Counted from the first letter of the stretch, positions 46,875 to 57,124 are shown. The stretch: 64,000 bases of DNA from Actinomycetota bacterium (GCA_027728065.1 JAQBVO010000006.1:5815-69814); one strand, 5' to 3'. Translations and numbers: made by a program. The notes: generated by a model not told the origin, from the letters alone.

Positions 46875-48503
46875 CTATAGATGAAAATCATCGGGTTGCA
46901 GTTTTATTAATCGTGAGGTGATAACTGCTCCAGCTTGTCGCGGAAGTGTGAGCACAAAGTGAGCTCCCTTGCCGGGTCTGCCCCATGCATCGAGCTCGCC
47001 ATTATGTAAGCGGGCATCCTCGAGTGCGATCGAAAGCCCGAGTCCCGTGCCACCGCGTACCCGTGCACGAGAGGGATCGGCCCGCCAAAAGCGATCAAAG
47101 ACCCGAACCAAAGTTGATTCATCCAGTCCAACACCAAAATCACGAACTCCAATTGCCACATCCTCATCACTTGCAATTATCGTTACTGCGATCGGTTTTT
47201 CCTCGGAGTGATCAATTGCATTGAAAAATAAGTTACGCAAAATACGCTCAATGCGTCGTATATCCGCCCTAATAACGAGGGATTCTGCGATTGAATAGAT
47301 GCGCAGTTTGGTGGAGCGCTCTTGTGCAACCAGCTCCAAATCTTGGGCGCAGCGATGGGTCAATGCGACAAGATCAAACTCAACGGCTTCAAGTACTGCA
47401 ACCTGGGCATCAAAGCGGCTAATTTCAAGTAAGTCCTCGAGCAACCGCTCGAATCTATCGAGCTGAGCAACCATGAGTTCGGCGCTTCGAGCAACGGTGG
47501 GGTCAAAATCTTGGCGAGCTGAGTTGATAACTTCAGATGCCATGCGCAATGTTGTGAGCGGGGTGCGTAGTTCGTGCGAGACATCCGAGACAAATCGCTG
47601 CTGAACTGCAGAGAGATTTTCAAGTCGAGCGATCTGTTTTTCAAGAGATTCAGCCATTTCATTAAATGCTCTACCCAACGTTGAGATCTCATCGGCAGAA
47701 CGCACATTCATTCGCTGTGAGAAGTCACCGGTGGTGAACTGTGTAGCGATCAATGCAGCTTGGCGAACTGGGCGAACTACCTGCCTCACCACTAGCCAAG
47801 TAATTAATCCAATAAGAATAATTAAGAATAAGCCTGTGAGAAATAAGTAACTCTGAATTAAGTTTAGTGTTGTATTTTGATTCGCCAGTGGGTAAAGAAC
47901 GTACATCTCATACTTTCCAGCGTTAGGGATAATAATCTTTTTTCCAATAGCCAAACCTGGAACCCGTGGTCCGTTAAGATACTCAATAGTCATGTAGCTC
48001 AATCCGATATCATCGCTTTTACGGACCTGCTCACTTAAAGACTCCGAGATAGATTTTGTATCGACTAAATTCGATGTAATATCATAATTTAATTTTCTTG
48101 TGTTTCCAGGGCTTCTTAAAAAGACAATCTCTCGTGCATTCTCATTTTTAGTCAATGACGCTGCAGAACTAATCACATCATTGATTACTTTTCTTACAGC
48201 GGCATCCTCTTGTGCATTCTCATTTGTAGTCAATGACGCTGCAGAACTAATCATATCATCGATTACTTTTCTTACAGCGGCATCTTTTTGATCCTGTGCT
48301 AAGACGAGTCTGTACTCAGCGTTAAAGATGGTCGAACGCGCATCAACGATTGAGGATTGAAGGTTTACCTTCTTTATACCCAAAGATAGCTGAGAATTAA
48401 GCGCAGATCCTGCAATATAAATGACACTTAAGCACAGCACTACCGTTGAAATAATAACCTTAGCGGCTAATGAGTTGCGAAATATAGAGGAAATACGGTT
48501 CAT
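46875..48503 (-). CDS. mtrB: MtrAB system histidine kinase MtrB
   Basis: TM-sensor-TM-HAMP layout; QQRFVSDVSHELRTPLTT, LLEISRFDA, FDRFWRADPSRAR..GGTGLGL; follows mtrA. Confidence 0.93.
   Translation of the reverse strand: MNRISSIFRNSLAAKVIISTVVLCLSVIYIAGSALNSQLSLGIKKVNLQSSIVDARSTIFNAEYRLVLAQDQKDAAVRKVIDDMISSAASLTTNENAQEDAAVRKVINDVISSAASLTKNENAREIVFLRSPGNTRKLNYDITSNLVDTKSISESLSEQVRKSDDIGLSYMTIEYLNGPRVPGLAIGKKIIIPNAGKYEMYVLYPLANQNTTLNLIQSYLFLTGLFLIILIGLITWLVVRQVVRPVRQAALIATQFTTGDFSQRMNVRSADEISTLGRAFNEMAESLEKQIARLENLSAVQQRFVSDVSHELRTPLTTLRMASEVINSARQDFDPTVARSAELMVAQLDRFERLLEDLLEISRFDAQVAVLEAVEFDLVALTHRCAQDLELVAQERSTKLRIYSIAESLVIRADIRRIERILRNLFFNAIDHSEEKPIAVTIIASDEDVAIGVRDFGVGLDESTLVRVFDRFWRADPSRARVRGGTGLGLSIALEDARLHNGELDAWGRPGKGAHFVLTLPRQAGAVITSRLIKLQPDDFHL
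48129..48284. repeat. In-frame 78-bp tandem duplication inside mtrB
   Basis: 48129-48206 vs 48207-48284, 74/78 identical. Confidence 0.95.
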
Positions 48504-48506
48504 TAT

Positions 48507-49193
48507 TTACGAACCGCCTGTTACTCCAGCTTTATACCCAATGCCGCGCACAGTCACGACTATCTCTGGCTGTTCTGCATCGCGCTCAATCTTGGCACGT
48601 AACCTCTGCACATGAACGTTGACTAAGCGTGTATCACTTGAGTGGCGGTATCCCCATACTTCGCTCAGTAATGCATCACGAGAAAAAACTCTTCTAGGCT
48701 CTTTGGCCAGGGCGACTAATAAATCAAACTCAAGACGAGTAAGTGTAATCTGCCTGCCTGCGCGCAGAACTTGGTGGGAAGCGATATTGATTGATAGATC
48801 TCCAATAGTCAGTGAACCTAAGAAATCGGTGTTTGTGCGTCGCAGGCGAGTACGAATTCGTGCAATGAGTTCGGATGGGTGCTTGAAGGGTTTAACCATG
48901 TAGTCATCTGCCCCAGCTTCAAGGCCATGTACTACATCAAATGAATCCCCCTTTGCGCTGAGCATGATGATTGGCACCATAGATTCAGTGCGGATTAATC
49001 GACAGACTTCAATACCATCCAAGCCTGGCAACATCACATCGAGTAAAACTAAATCCGGTGGATTATTTCGAAAGACTTCCAAAGCTTCATCTCCGCGAGC
49101 TACAAGGTCAACGTCGATTCCTGCCCCGGTTAAAACGATTCCGAGCATTTCTGAAAGGTCTTGATCGTCATCGACGACCATAACCAGGGTCAT
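48507..49193 (-). CDS. mtrA: MtrAB system response regulator MtrA
   Basis: VDDD, DVMLPG, GADDY.VKPFKH.ELIAR, VWGYRHSSDTRLVNVHVQRLRAKIE. Confidence 0.95.
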   Translation of the reverse strand: MTLVMVVDDDQDLSEMLGIVLTGAGIDVDLVARGDEALEVFRNNPPDLVLLDVMLPGLDGIEVCRLIRTESMVPIIMLSAKGDSFDVVHGLEAGADDYMVKPFKHPSELIARIRTRLRRTNTDFLGSLTIGDLSINIASHQVLRAGRQITLTRLEFDLLVALAKEPRRVFSRDALLSEVWGYRHSSDTRLVNVHVQRLRAKIERDAEQPEIVVTVRGIGYKAGVTGGS

Positions 49194-50479
49194 TAGCTAC
49201 CGTGTTCCCAAGAGTTCAGATACATATCTTGTGCAGGTGTGAGAACATCGATACGTCCCCCCATGCTTTTAAGTTTTAAGCTTGCTACTTCCTTATCGAT
49301 ATAAGTTGGAACCTCATGCACGCCAGGCTTTAAGTTCTTGGCCTCTTTTACTAAGTACTCGGCCGTTAGCGCTTGGTCAGAAAAAGACATATCCATTACC
49401 GATGCTGGGTGGCCTTCGGCCGCGCCTAAGTTCACTAAGCGACCCTCTGCAAGAAGTAGAAGTCGGCGGCCATCTGCCAATACATACTCATCGGTTTGAT
49501 GGCGCATCTTTTCATTTTTAGTCTTTGAGTTCTTCTCCAGCCATGCAACATCGATTTCAATATCAAAGTGTCCGGAGTTGGCCAAGATGGCACCATCCTT
49601 CATTACCTGAAAATGCTCTTCGCGAAGCACATCACGATTACCTGTGACGGTAATAAATACGTCACCCAACTTTGCCGCATCGATCATCGGCATAACGCGA
49701 AAGCCCTGCATCATCGCATCGAGTGCCTTGGTTGAATCGATTTCAGTAATAATGACATCGGCGCCCATTCCCTTTGCGCGCTCTGCAACACCTTTTCCAC
49801 AATAACCAAATCCAGCAACAACTAGGACGCGTCCGGCAAGTAGAAAGTTTGTTGAGCGAAAGAGCGCATCTAGTGTCGATTGCCCAGTTCCATAGCGATT
49901 ATCAAACATGTGCTTGGTATCAGTGTCATTAACGGCAATCATCGGGAACTCAAGGGCCCCATCTTTTGCCATCTGATTGAGTCGGATTACTCCGGTAGTT
50001 GTCTCTTCGCAGCCTCCAGTGATATTTGGGATGAGCTCTTTGCGAGTTGTGTGCAGTATATTTACGAGATCGCAGCCATCATCAAAGACTTGATGAGGTG
50101 CGATGTCTAATGCAGTGTTTATGTGTGTGTAGTAGCCATCACGATCAACTGCGTTACGTGCAAAAACAGAGATTCCATATTCGTAGACAAGTGCTGCTGC
50201 AGTGTCATCCTGAGTTGATAATGGATTCGAGGCACACAGTGCAATCTCTGCACCTCCTGCCTTTAAGACGCGCATCAAGTTTGCCGTCTCGGTTGTGACG
50301 TGCATGCATGCAGCGATTCGAATACCCGTAAATGGCTGTGACTTTTCAAAGCGCTCACGAATCTGAGCTAGAACAGGCATGTTGCGCTCTGCCCATTCAA
50401 TGCGCTTTCGTCCAGATGCGGCAAGGGATGCATCTGCAATGTCATGACGCGGAAGGGTTGAAGTAACAGGTGAGTTCAC
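49193..50479 (-). CDS. ahcY: Adenosylhomocysteinase (short form)
   Basis: [64 protein letters not shown]. Confidence 0.97.
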   Translation of the reverse strand: MNSPVTSTLPRHDIADASLAASGRKRIEWAERNMPVLAQIRERFEKSQPFTGIRIAACMHVTTETANLMRVLKAGGAEIALCASNPLSTQDDTAAALVYEYGISVFARNAVDRDGYYTHINTALDIAPHQVFDDGCDLVNILHTTRKELIPNITGGCEETTTGVIRLNQMAKDGALEFPMIAVNDTDTKHMFDNRYGTGQSTLDALFRSTNFLLAGRVLVVAGFGYCGKGVAERAKGMGADVIITEIDSTKALDAMMQGFRVMPMIDAAKLGDVFITVTGNRDVLREEHFQVMKDGAILANSGHFDIEIDVAWLEKNSKTKNEKMRHQTDEYVLADGRRLLLLAEGRLVNLGAAEGHPASVMDMSFSDQALTAEYLVKEAKNLKPGVHEVPTYIDKEVASLKLKSMGGRIDVLTPAQDMYLNSWEHGS

Positions 50480-50512
50480 GAAAAGCTCCTTTATAGATGA
50501 GTCTGTAGGTGC

Positions 50513-51889
50513 TTAGGTTACCGCCCCATGAGGCAAAGCGAGTAATGAGAGCACCTCATCGCGAAGCTTGCTCATAGCCATGGCGCTCTTAGCCTCAACG
50601 TTAAGGCGAAGTAGGGGCTCAGTGTTAGATGGTCGTAGGTTAAACCACCATGTATCGCCAATCACACTAAGGCCATCTAGGTGGTCGATCGTGACCGCGT
50701 TGCGAGTGGAAAAGGTTTTTTCAACCAGAGCAGTAGTCCTTTGAGAATCTTCTACGATCGAATTGATCTCTCCACTAGATACATAGCGTTGATACGGCGC
50801 TAAGATTTTTGACATCGATTTCTTTGACTCTCCTAACGCCGCAATTGCATGAAGGGCTGCAAGTGCGCCAGAGTCGGCACGCCAGAACTCTTTAAAGTAG
50901 AAGTGACCTGAGTGTTCGCCACCGAAAATCGCTCCACTCTCGGCCATCATCGCTTTGATGTATGAGTGTCCAACACGACTACGTAATCCAGTCCCACCAT
51001 TTTCTTGAATAACTTCAAGCACTGCTCGCGATGAGATTAAGTTATAAATAATCGTAGATCCTGGACGTTTAACTAATTCACGGTGGGCTATAAGCGATGT
51101 CAGATCCGATGGATTAATGGCATCACCATTTTCATCGATGAGAAAACACCTATCGGCATCGCCATCAAAGGCCAGGCCTAAGTCCGCCTTATGTTCTACC
51201 ACTTTGCGCTGTAGGTCGCGAAGATTCTTTGGATCTATTGGATTTGCCTCGTGATTTGGAAAGCTCCCATCGAGCTCGTAATACATTGGAATTACTGTGC
51301 AATTGAGGCCAGAGAAGATCGCTGGGGCTGTATGCCCAGCCATTCCATTTCCAGCATCGATAACTAGAGTCAGTGGCCGAATTGAATCGAGATTAACAAG
51401 GCTTCGTAAGTGATCTACATACTCTGCGAGCATCTCACGATTGGTTTCAACACCTACGCTGCGTATTTCAAGCGGGGATCCTTGGCGAACAAATTTTTCA
51501 ATAACTGCAAGGCCCGACTCTTTTCCAATTGGTCGAGCACTACTGAGACAGAGTTTTATCCCGTTATAGGCCGCGGGATTATGGCTGGCGGTAAACATCG
51601 CACCAGGTAGAGCTAACGTGCCAGATGCAAAGTACAACATATCTGTAGATGCAAGACCGATACGGATCACATCCAAGCCTGTAGATGTAACACCAGCAGA
51701 AAAAGCATCGGCTAACGCCTCAGATGATGCTCGCATATCTTGGGCAAGGACAACTGTTGCCGGCTCGCGCACTTGCTGTAGAAAGCGAGCAAAAGCTAGA
51801 CCAGTTGCGAAGCAAAAATCAGGTGTTATCTCAGAATCAACGAGACCTCGAATGTCGTAGGCTTTAAAAATATTTGGTATCTGATTCAT
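50513..51889 (-). CDS. manB: Phosphomannomutase/phosphoglucomutase
   Basis: FKAYDIRG, TASHNP, DGDADR, GEHSGH, RPSNTEP. Confidence 0.92.
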   Translation of the reverse strand: MNQIPNIFKAYDIRGLVDSEITPDFCFATGLAFARFLQQVREPATVVLAQDMRASSEALADAFSAGVTSTGLDVIRIGLASTDMLYFASGTLALPGAMFTASHNPAAYNGIKLCLSSARPIGKESGLAVIEKFVRQGSPLEIRSVGVETNREMLAEYVDHLRSLVNLDSIRPLTLVIDAGNGMAGHTAPAIFSGLNCTVIPMYYELDGSFPNHEANPIDPKNLRDLQRKVVEHKADLGLAFDGDADRCFLIDENGDAINPSDLTSLIAHRELVKRPGSTIIYNLISSRAVLEVIQENGGTGLRSRVGHSYIKAMMAESGAIFGGEHSGHFYFKEFWRADSGALAALHAIAALGESKKSMSKILAPYQRYVSSGEINSIVEDSQRTTALVEKTFSTRNAVTIDHLDGLSVIGDTWWFNLRPSNTEPLLRLNVEAKSAMAMSKLRDEVLSLLALPHGAVT

Positions 51890-51898
51890 CCAGTGCTC

Positions 51899-52276
51899 TT
51901 ACGATGGAACGGCGCGAAGATGACCTCTGCGACCAATCTGAGTTTGTGCACTCTGGCTATTCGTGCTCTCTTGTGAGTCACTAGTGATAGGTGTCATTGC
52001 AACTTCACGCACTGCATCGGCAATAGCCATGAGATCATCATCTGAAGGTCCCTGCTCTTGGCCCGAAAGCTCTTGCTTAATAACGCTCCAACCATGTGGA
52101 ACTTTTAACCGCTCACCATGCATTACGCACAGGTCGTAGGCATGTGGTTCGCTAAAGGTCGCAAGTGGACCGACGACAGCAACTGAGTCGGCATAGATAT
52201 AGGTCAGAGTCATCGTGGCTACAGAGCGACAGCCCGCACGAGAACAGCCACGACCTAACTTTGCCTGAGAACTCAT
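51899..52276 (-). CDS. DUF3499 family protein
   Basis: CSRAGC...TLTY.YADS.AV.GPL...EPHAYDLC..H, DDLMAIADAVRE, RRGHLRAV. Confidence 0.85.
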   Translation of the reverse strand: MSSQAKLGRGCSRAGCRSVATMTLTYIYADSVAVVGPLATFSEPHAYDLCVMHGERLKVPHGWSVIKQELSGQEQGPSDDDLMAIADAVREVAMTPITSDSQESTNSQSAQTQIGRRGHLRAVPS

Positions 52277-52318
52277 ACCTGCAAGGTTAGTGGCCAGTTA
52301 GCTCTTTCTTTGGGATTG

Positions 52319-53623
52319 TCATGGATTCAAAACTCGAATGTTTGAGTGTGGAATTTCAACCCTCGTTAAAAGGCTTCCAGGAGTAATCGGTATGTAGCCA
52401 TAACCATTATCGGATGCAATGAGAGCGCCGGCATGAGTCTCGGCACTAGTTTGCATTATTGAGATGGAACGAGTGGCCTTTGGTACGCGCCATGTGGCGA
52501 TATCACTGCCCTTTATTGTCGCCAGGGTTTTCTTTCCATTAATGAAAGTGACCTCAACCTTTACCGCTATTGCATCCGATGTAAAGACGATCGTTGGTAC
52601 CAAGCCTGTGATTGCAATGGCCATCGGAACAAGTGCCGGTGTCGGAGTACTCCAGAGAAAGTCTGTACGCTCTTTTATTTTGGCCTGGGATAAGATTGCA
52701 GCAACGACCGGCTCATTAGATTTAATACGAGCAGCAAAGACTGTAGCTGAAATCTTTGGCGATAGCGTGAACTCGCTCACCACACCAGCTGAAATACTTC
52801 GAGAGTTAAAGCCAACTGGAACAAAACTGCCATCGGCCGATAATAGTTCGAGCGTGAAAGTGGCATCAACATCGGAGGGTGCCAAAATCCTCAAGGTCTT
52901 TGGAGCGGTACTCTTTTTACCTTTCTTAGGAAGTTGATTTGGAATAGCTGGAATCACTAGGGTTTTTGAAGCTGCAGTTATTGGATTAACTAAGTCACCA
53001 CCCAGCGCTCTAAGACCAGAGCCAAGTTCATCGATCATAAATGCATTTATTCGTCCCGAACGTGGAAGCACGTGGACTGTTAGAGATTTATCACCAGTTG
53101 CTAATGCATCTAAATTAACGAGCGAATAACTTTTAGGCTTTAGATTGAGTGAAAGTAATGGCTGTTTTCCATTTTCAGAGTAAGTCTGTACGTCAACAAT
53201 AGCCTCGCTAAGGCCGCTATTAATTACAATTAAACGCCCGCGAGAAGTTATATCCGAACTTCCGCCGACAAACCACTGTGAAGATGCAGGCCCTGAACAG
53301 ATTGCACCACCGGCCCAACTACCTGAACGACTCTGCCACACTACTGGTGTTACACCTTTTGCAGAGATAACGAGAGAATCTTTAGAGACTGGCAAGCGGA
53401 GTGCGTTAAATGGAATTGTCTTAGTGCTCCGATTTTCAAGGCGCTGGAACTGGGTCTTTCGCGATGAGACCGAGATTTGCGAAGAGAGACCGCTCATTGT
53501 TGGTGGGCAGACGACCGCTGGATAGGACTGTGAATAAACCGAGCTGTCAACGGTGGTAGTGAGCAGAATTGCCAGCGTAAATGAGAGCCCGAGGGCGAGC
53601 AGTGCCGAGAGCGAACGCTTCAT
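52319..53623 (-). CDS. DUF5719-like secreted/membrane-anchored protein
   Basis: N-terminal hydrophobic anchor, two Cys (VVCP; AICSGP..WFVG), beta-rich body; directly downstream of the large GT2 gene. Confidence 0.65.
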   Translation of the reverse strand: MKRSLSALLALGLSFTLAILLTTTVDSSVYSQSYPAVVCPPTMSGLSSQISVSSRKTQFQRLENRSTKTIPFNALRLPVSKDSLVISAKGVTPVVWQSRSGSWAGGAICSGPASSQWFVGGSSDITSRGRLIVINSGLSEAIVDVQTYSENGKQPLLSLNLKPKSYSLVNLDALATGDKSLTVHVLPRSGRINAFMIDELGSGLRALGGDLVNPITAASKTLVIPAIPNQLPKKGKKSTAPKTLRILAPSDVDATFTLELLSADGSFVPVGFNSRSISAGVVSEFTLSPKISATVFAARIKSNEPVVAAILSQAKIKERTDFLWSTPTPALVPMAIAITGLVPTIVFTSDAIAVKVEVTFINGKKTLATIKGSDIATWRVPKATRSISIMQTSAETHAGALIASDNGYGYIPITPGSLLTRVEIPHSNIRVLNP

Positions 53624-56600
53624 GCAAGCTCCTTCTCGAAGATTTCACGTTTCCTGCGTCCTGCAGGTGCGGCAAAGATGAGTAAAACAACCCAGGCAAT
53701 GATTTCAAAAGAGATCCAGGCACGGCGAATAGTGCCATCGTGGATGAGTGATATTTCGCCAGATTCTGTAGCAATGAAAAGCGGCAGACCTTGCTCACTC
53801 ACAACTCGCTGCAGGCGATAGCCATTCTGGAGTATCTGCCACGAACGATCATAATTTTCAGTTAATAAAACTCGTCCTGGGTATGCAACTGTTGTGCGTG
53901 CCCCAACTTCACCTGTTTCAAGAAGTTCGCGTACACCATCCTCACCTACAAGTATCAATCGTCCAGTAACTCCTGCAACACGCCAAACTACACCCGTTGA
54001 TGTTGCAGATGCACGAGAGAACCCACCCAGGCCATCGATTGTGCGAATTATATTTCTATCAAAAGGTAACTTAACAAATACATATTTAATCCCGAAATCT
54101 GCAAATGTTTTGCTACTAGATATTCCAGAGCCATCGATAAGCTCTTGAGCTGCAACTGCAATCTGTTGAGTTTGTCGTGGCGCTACATCAGGCTCGCCAA
54201 GAATGATATCTTTGCCGCGCGAGATGTAATACTGAATGCTCTTTGCACCAACGCTGCCCATTTCGCGAAGCACTAACGTCTTTGTATCTTTCTCAACACT
54301 TAAAAATGCTGGCATTACAGTAGAACTACTGCTTTGAACTGGCGAGGTTGCCCCGGCTGTAACCGACCAACCTAAAGTTAGTACCGTGTAAAGGGCTGTT
54401 AAAAAGAGTAGTAGCGCTGCCAATATGTGGCGAAAGTGAAAATTGCTTGTAACTAAGATGGCACGTAAACGATCAAGAATTACAACACCGGCGGCAGTCG
54501 CAGCAATCGTTGCACCGACCAGAAAAGTGCCGGTCCAAACGTTTACACGTGCAGAGTCTCCATGTGTTGCAATCGCCAGAGATGAAAAGAAAACAGCTGC
54601 AGATAAGAAGCCAGATCCGTATAAGGCAATGGTTTTAGCGCTACTTGAAGAGAATAAGGCGACCACAAGGATTAAAAGCATGGGGCTTATTAACCACCAT
54701 GGAAGTGCACCGACTCCCCCAGGATTTCCCAGGATTACTAAGTGCGAGCCACCACCTGGCAGGGATACTCCGGGCTCACTTAAAAACCTAGATGGTGTGG
54801 TTAGGGCTTGAAATGAGTATGGCGCGTTAAGGATAAAGGGCACAAAGAGAATTACTGCGCGCTTATAAAGACGCTCTAAGAACAATGGCCTGTCGTTGAA
54901 AACCTCTTTGTAATCAGCAAAGAGTGCAAAGGCCACAAGGCCCAAGAGAGTTACAAATGCGATGAGTGTGAATGCATAGAGAAATCCCACAAGAAGAGTT
55001 AGCGTAAAAATCTTGCGCCAACTCTGTAGTTCGATTCTCTTCCAGTTAGTTAAAAGGAGTGGGACTTGTGGTGCGATAATGAGTGTTACGACCGTTGCTA
55101 AGCGGCCAGAGTTAACTGCAGCGATTGCCACTGGAGAAATTGCATATATAAAACTGGCAGGCACGCTAATCCATGGGTTTTGTGTGAGTTTTCTAAGTAA
55201 GGTCAATATCGACCACATCATCAATAGCGGGGCAGTGAGAAAGAAAAGGGTGAGGAGCAAAGGCGCTTTCCCGAAGAGAATACTTGCAAAAACAGCTACT
55301 ACTGCGATCCACGGTGGTGAGGCATATGAACTACCCATTCCAACTTGGTGCCACGATTGAAAATACATTTGCCACAAATCACGAGCACCGCTTGGCGATG
55401 CAGGTAAGGCGCCGCCAATTAATGAGCCAAGGCGCATTCGTGAGGCGATGAGGGTAATAACTGCCAAAAAGAGAAATCCCGTAACTTCAGGTCTTCGAAA
55501 TATTGCAAACCAGCGCACACTTTGTGCAGGCACAAGTAAATCTTCGTCTTCAACTGAATCAAGTATCGATCGCTGTCCTGGAGCACTCTCTGGTAATAAA
55601 CGTGAACGCAGCGCTTCAACGAAACCAGAGGTTGAAAGGCGTAACTGGGACCATCGTGGAGGAATATAAGAAGAAACTATCCGTGCCGATACAAAACGAT
55701 GCGCTTTGCGGTTTCTGCGTGCCTTAATAATGAGCCCTGGTTTAATAAGCAAGGTAGCTATTGCAAGTAGCTCATCGCTTGCATAGCCCGGCAGTTTTGC
55801 TAATAGATAGCCAATCGCCCGTAGCATCGCAGAACTAAGAAGTTGAATCGCAAGCCATGGAATTAACCACCACGATGAGTTGGCTAAGAGTACATATGCG
55901 GCGTTGCGACGATCGAGCAAAAGTGGACGTTGTAAAATAGCGCCGCCAACATCGACGCTTCGTCTTTCAGTTGCCGATGCTTGAGCGTGAAAAACAACGG
56001 CAGAGCTGGCTGCTATAACCGAATGGCCTGCCACGCGCGCACGCCAACCAAAATCTACGTCATCACGAAAGAGCGCTAAATTCTTATCAAAGCCACCAAT
56101 CTCTTCAAAGATATCTCGCCTTATCAACGCCCCTGCAGTGCTAACAGAGAGCACATCATGGACTCCATCATGTTGTCCCTGATCGTATTCAAGCGGCTCT
56201 AACCCTGTCCATCTAGCGCCATTACCGGCGATACTAACACCCACTTCAAGTAGATGAGTACGATTATGCCAGCCTAAAAGTTTTGGACCAACCATTGCAA
56301 CTTGCGGGCGATCATCGATTGCAGCTAATAAAAACTCAAGCGCAGTTGGTGCCGGTGCACAATCATCATGAATCAACCAGATCCACTCAATCGTATCTGC
56401 CTGCGCCGAATCCAATGAATCAACGCCGATTGAAATCGCTTCACCAAAACCGCAGTCGCGTGCGGCATTTATAACGCGAATTCGTGCAGATTTTAATAAC
56501 TGCAGCGATGAATCTTTAGACCCTGTATCTACCGCGACAACGTAGTCAACTGCGCGCGTTTGCGATGCAAGAGCGGCAACGGTTTGGGGAAGCCAGCTTT

Positions 56601-56664
56601 GTCCATCGTGCGAGACAATGATTGCACTTACACGATGCCGATCTAATGCGGCTTGTGCAGCCAT
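53620..56664 (-). CDS. Family 2 glycosyltransferase fused to a multi-TM domain and an extracytoplasmic C-terminus
   Basis: IVSHDG, VDTGS.D, WLIHDDC (DxD-like), GGFD..L.LFRDDVDFGWR; about 12 hydrophobic segments follow. Confidence 0.88.
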   Translation of the reverse strand: MAAQAALDRHRVSAIIVSHDGQSWLPQTVAALASQTRAVDYVVAVDTGSKDSSLQLLKSARIRVINAARDCGFGEAISIGVDSLDSAQADTIEWIWLIHDDCAPAPTALEFLLAAIDDRPQVAMVGPKLLGWHNRTHLLEVGVSIAGNGARWTGLEPLEYDQGQHDGVHDVLSVSTAGALIRRDIFEEIGGFDKNLALFRDDVDFGWRARVAGHSVIAASSAVVFHAQASATERRSVDVGGAILQRPLLLDRRNAAYVLLANSSWWLIPWLAIQLLSSAMLRAIGYLLAKLPGYASDELLAIATLLIKPGLIIKARRNRKAHRFVSARIVSSYIPPRWSQLRLSTSGFVEALRSRLLPESAPGQRSILDSVEDEDLLVPAQSVRWFAIFRRPEVTGFLFLAVITLIASRMRLGSLIGGALPASPSGARDLWQMYFQSWHQVGMGSSYASPPWIAVVAVFASILFGKAPLLLTLFFLTAPLLMMWSILTLLRKLTQNPWISVPASFIYAISPVAIAAVNSGRLATVVTLIIAPQVPLLLTNWKRIELQSWRKIFTLTLLVGFLYAFTLIAFVTLLGLVAFALFADYKEVFNDRPLFLERLYKRAVILFVPFILNAPYSFQALTTPSRFLSEPGVSLPGGGSHLVILGNPGGVGALPWWLISPMLLILVVALFSSSSAKTIALYGSGFLSAAVFFSSLAIATHGDSARVNVWTGTFLVGATIAATAAGVVILDRLRAILVTSNFHFRHILAALLLFLTALYTVLTLGWSVTAGATSPVQSSSSTVMPAFLSVEKDTKTLVLREMGSVGAKSIQYYISRGKDIILGEPDVAPRQTQQIAVAAQELIDGSGISSSKTFADFGIKYVFVKLPFDRNIIRTIDGLGGFSRASATSTGVVWRVAGVTGRLILVGEDGVRELLETGEVGARTTVAYPGRVLLTENYDRSWQILQNGYRLQRVVSEQGLPLFIATESGEISLIHDGTIRRAWISFEIIAWVVLLIFAAPAGRRKREIFEKELA

Positions 56665-56691
56665 AGTTCTAACCTTTGAAAGGCTGCGAAC

Positions 56692-56991
56692 TTACGCAGT
56701 GCGACGCTTGAGGCGACGACGTTCGCGCTCTGATAAGCCGCCCCAGATTCCAAAACGCTCATCATGGGCGAGTGCATACTCCAAACATTGCGAGCGCACT
56801 TCGCAGGAAAGGCATACTCGCTTGGCTTCGCGAGTTGAGCCTCCCTTTTCAGGAAAGAATGCTTCGGGATCGGTCTGGGCGCAGAGCGAGCGCTCTTGCC
56901 AAGAGAGCTCGAGGTTCTCTCCGCTTGCAAGGGTAATTTTTGGGCCAGAAGTGGGGATTGGGGAGTTAGTGGCTTCAGGTCTAATCGGCAT
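56692..56991 (-). CDS. whiB2: WhiB family regulator, WhiB2/WhmD-like
   Basis: WQERSLCAQTDPEAFFPEKGGSTREAKRVC..CEVRSQCLEYAL..DERFGIWGGLSERERR; AAGGAG Shine-Dalgarno. Confidence 0.92.
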   Translation of the reverse strand: MPIRPEATNSPIPTSGPKITLASGENLELSWQERSLCAQTDPEAFFPEKGGSTREAKRVCLSCEVRSQCLEYALAHDERFGIWGGLSERERRRLKRRTA

Positions 56992-57051
56992 ACCGATTCT
57001 CCTTAATAGCTGCGTGTCTGATCCATCGTGGAAAAGACTTACTTAAGAGTG

Positions 57052-57081
57052 AATTACACGCGTGTAAGTCGCATATGTCAA
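57052..57081 (-). promoter_or_regulatory. whiB2 promoter with an McdR/BldO-type palindromic operator
   Basis: AATTACACGCGTGTAAGT (57052-57069) fits AATnACAnnnnTGTnATT at all but one position; minus-strand TTGACA (57081-57076), 17 nt, TGTAAT (57058-57053). Confidence 0.65.
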
Positions 57082-57124
57082 GTTTGAAGATGGCAGATAT
57101 GGGCTAAAAAACCGATATTTACGC

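Noticed and set aside
50480-50512. SAH or SAM riboswitch upstream of ahcY
   Set aside because: The gap is 33 nt and contains only an AAGGAG Shine-Dalgarno
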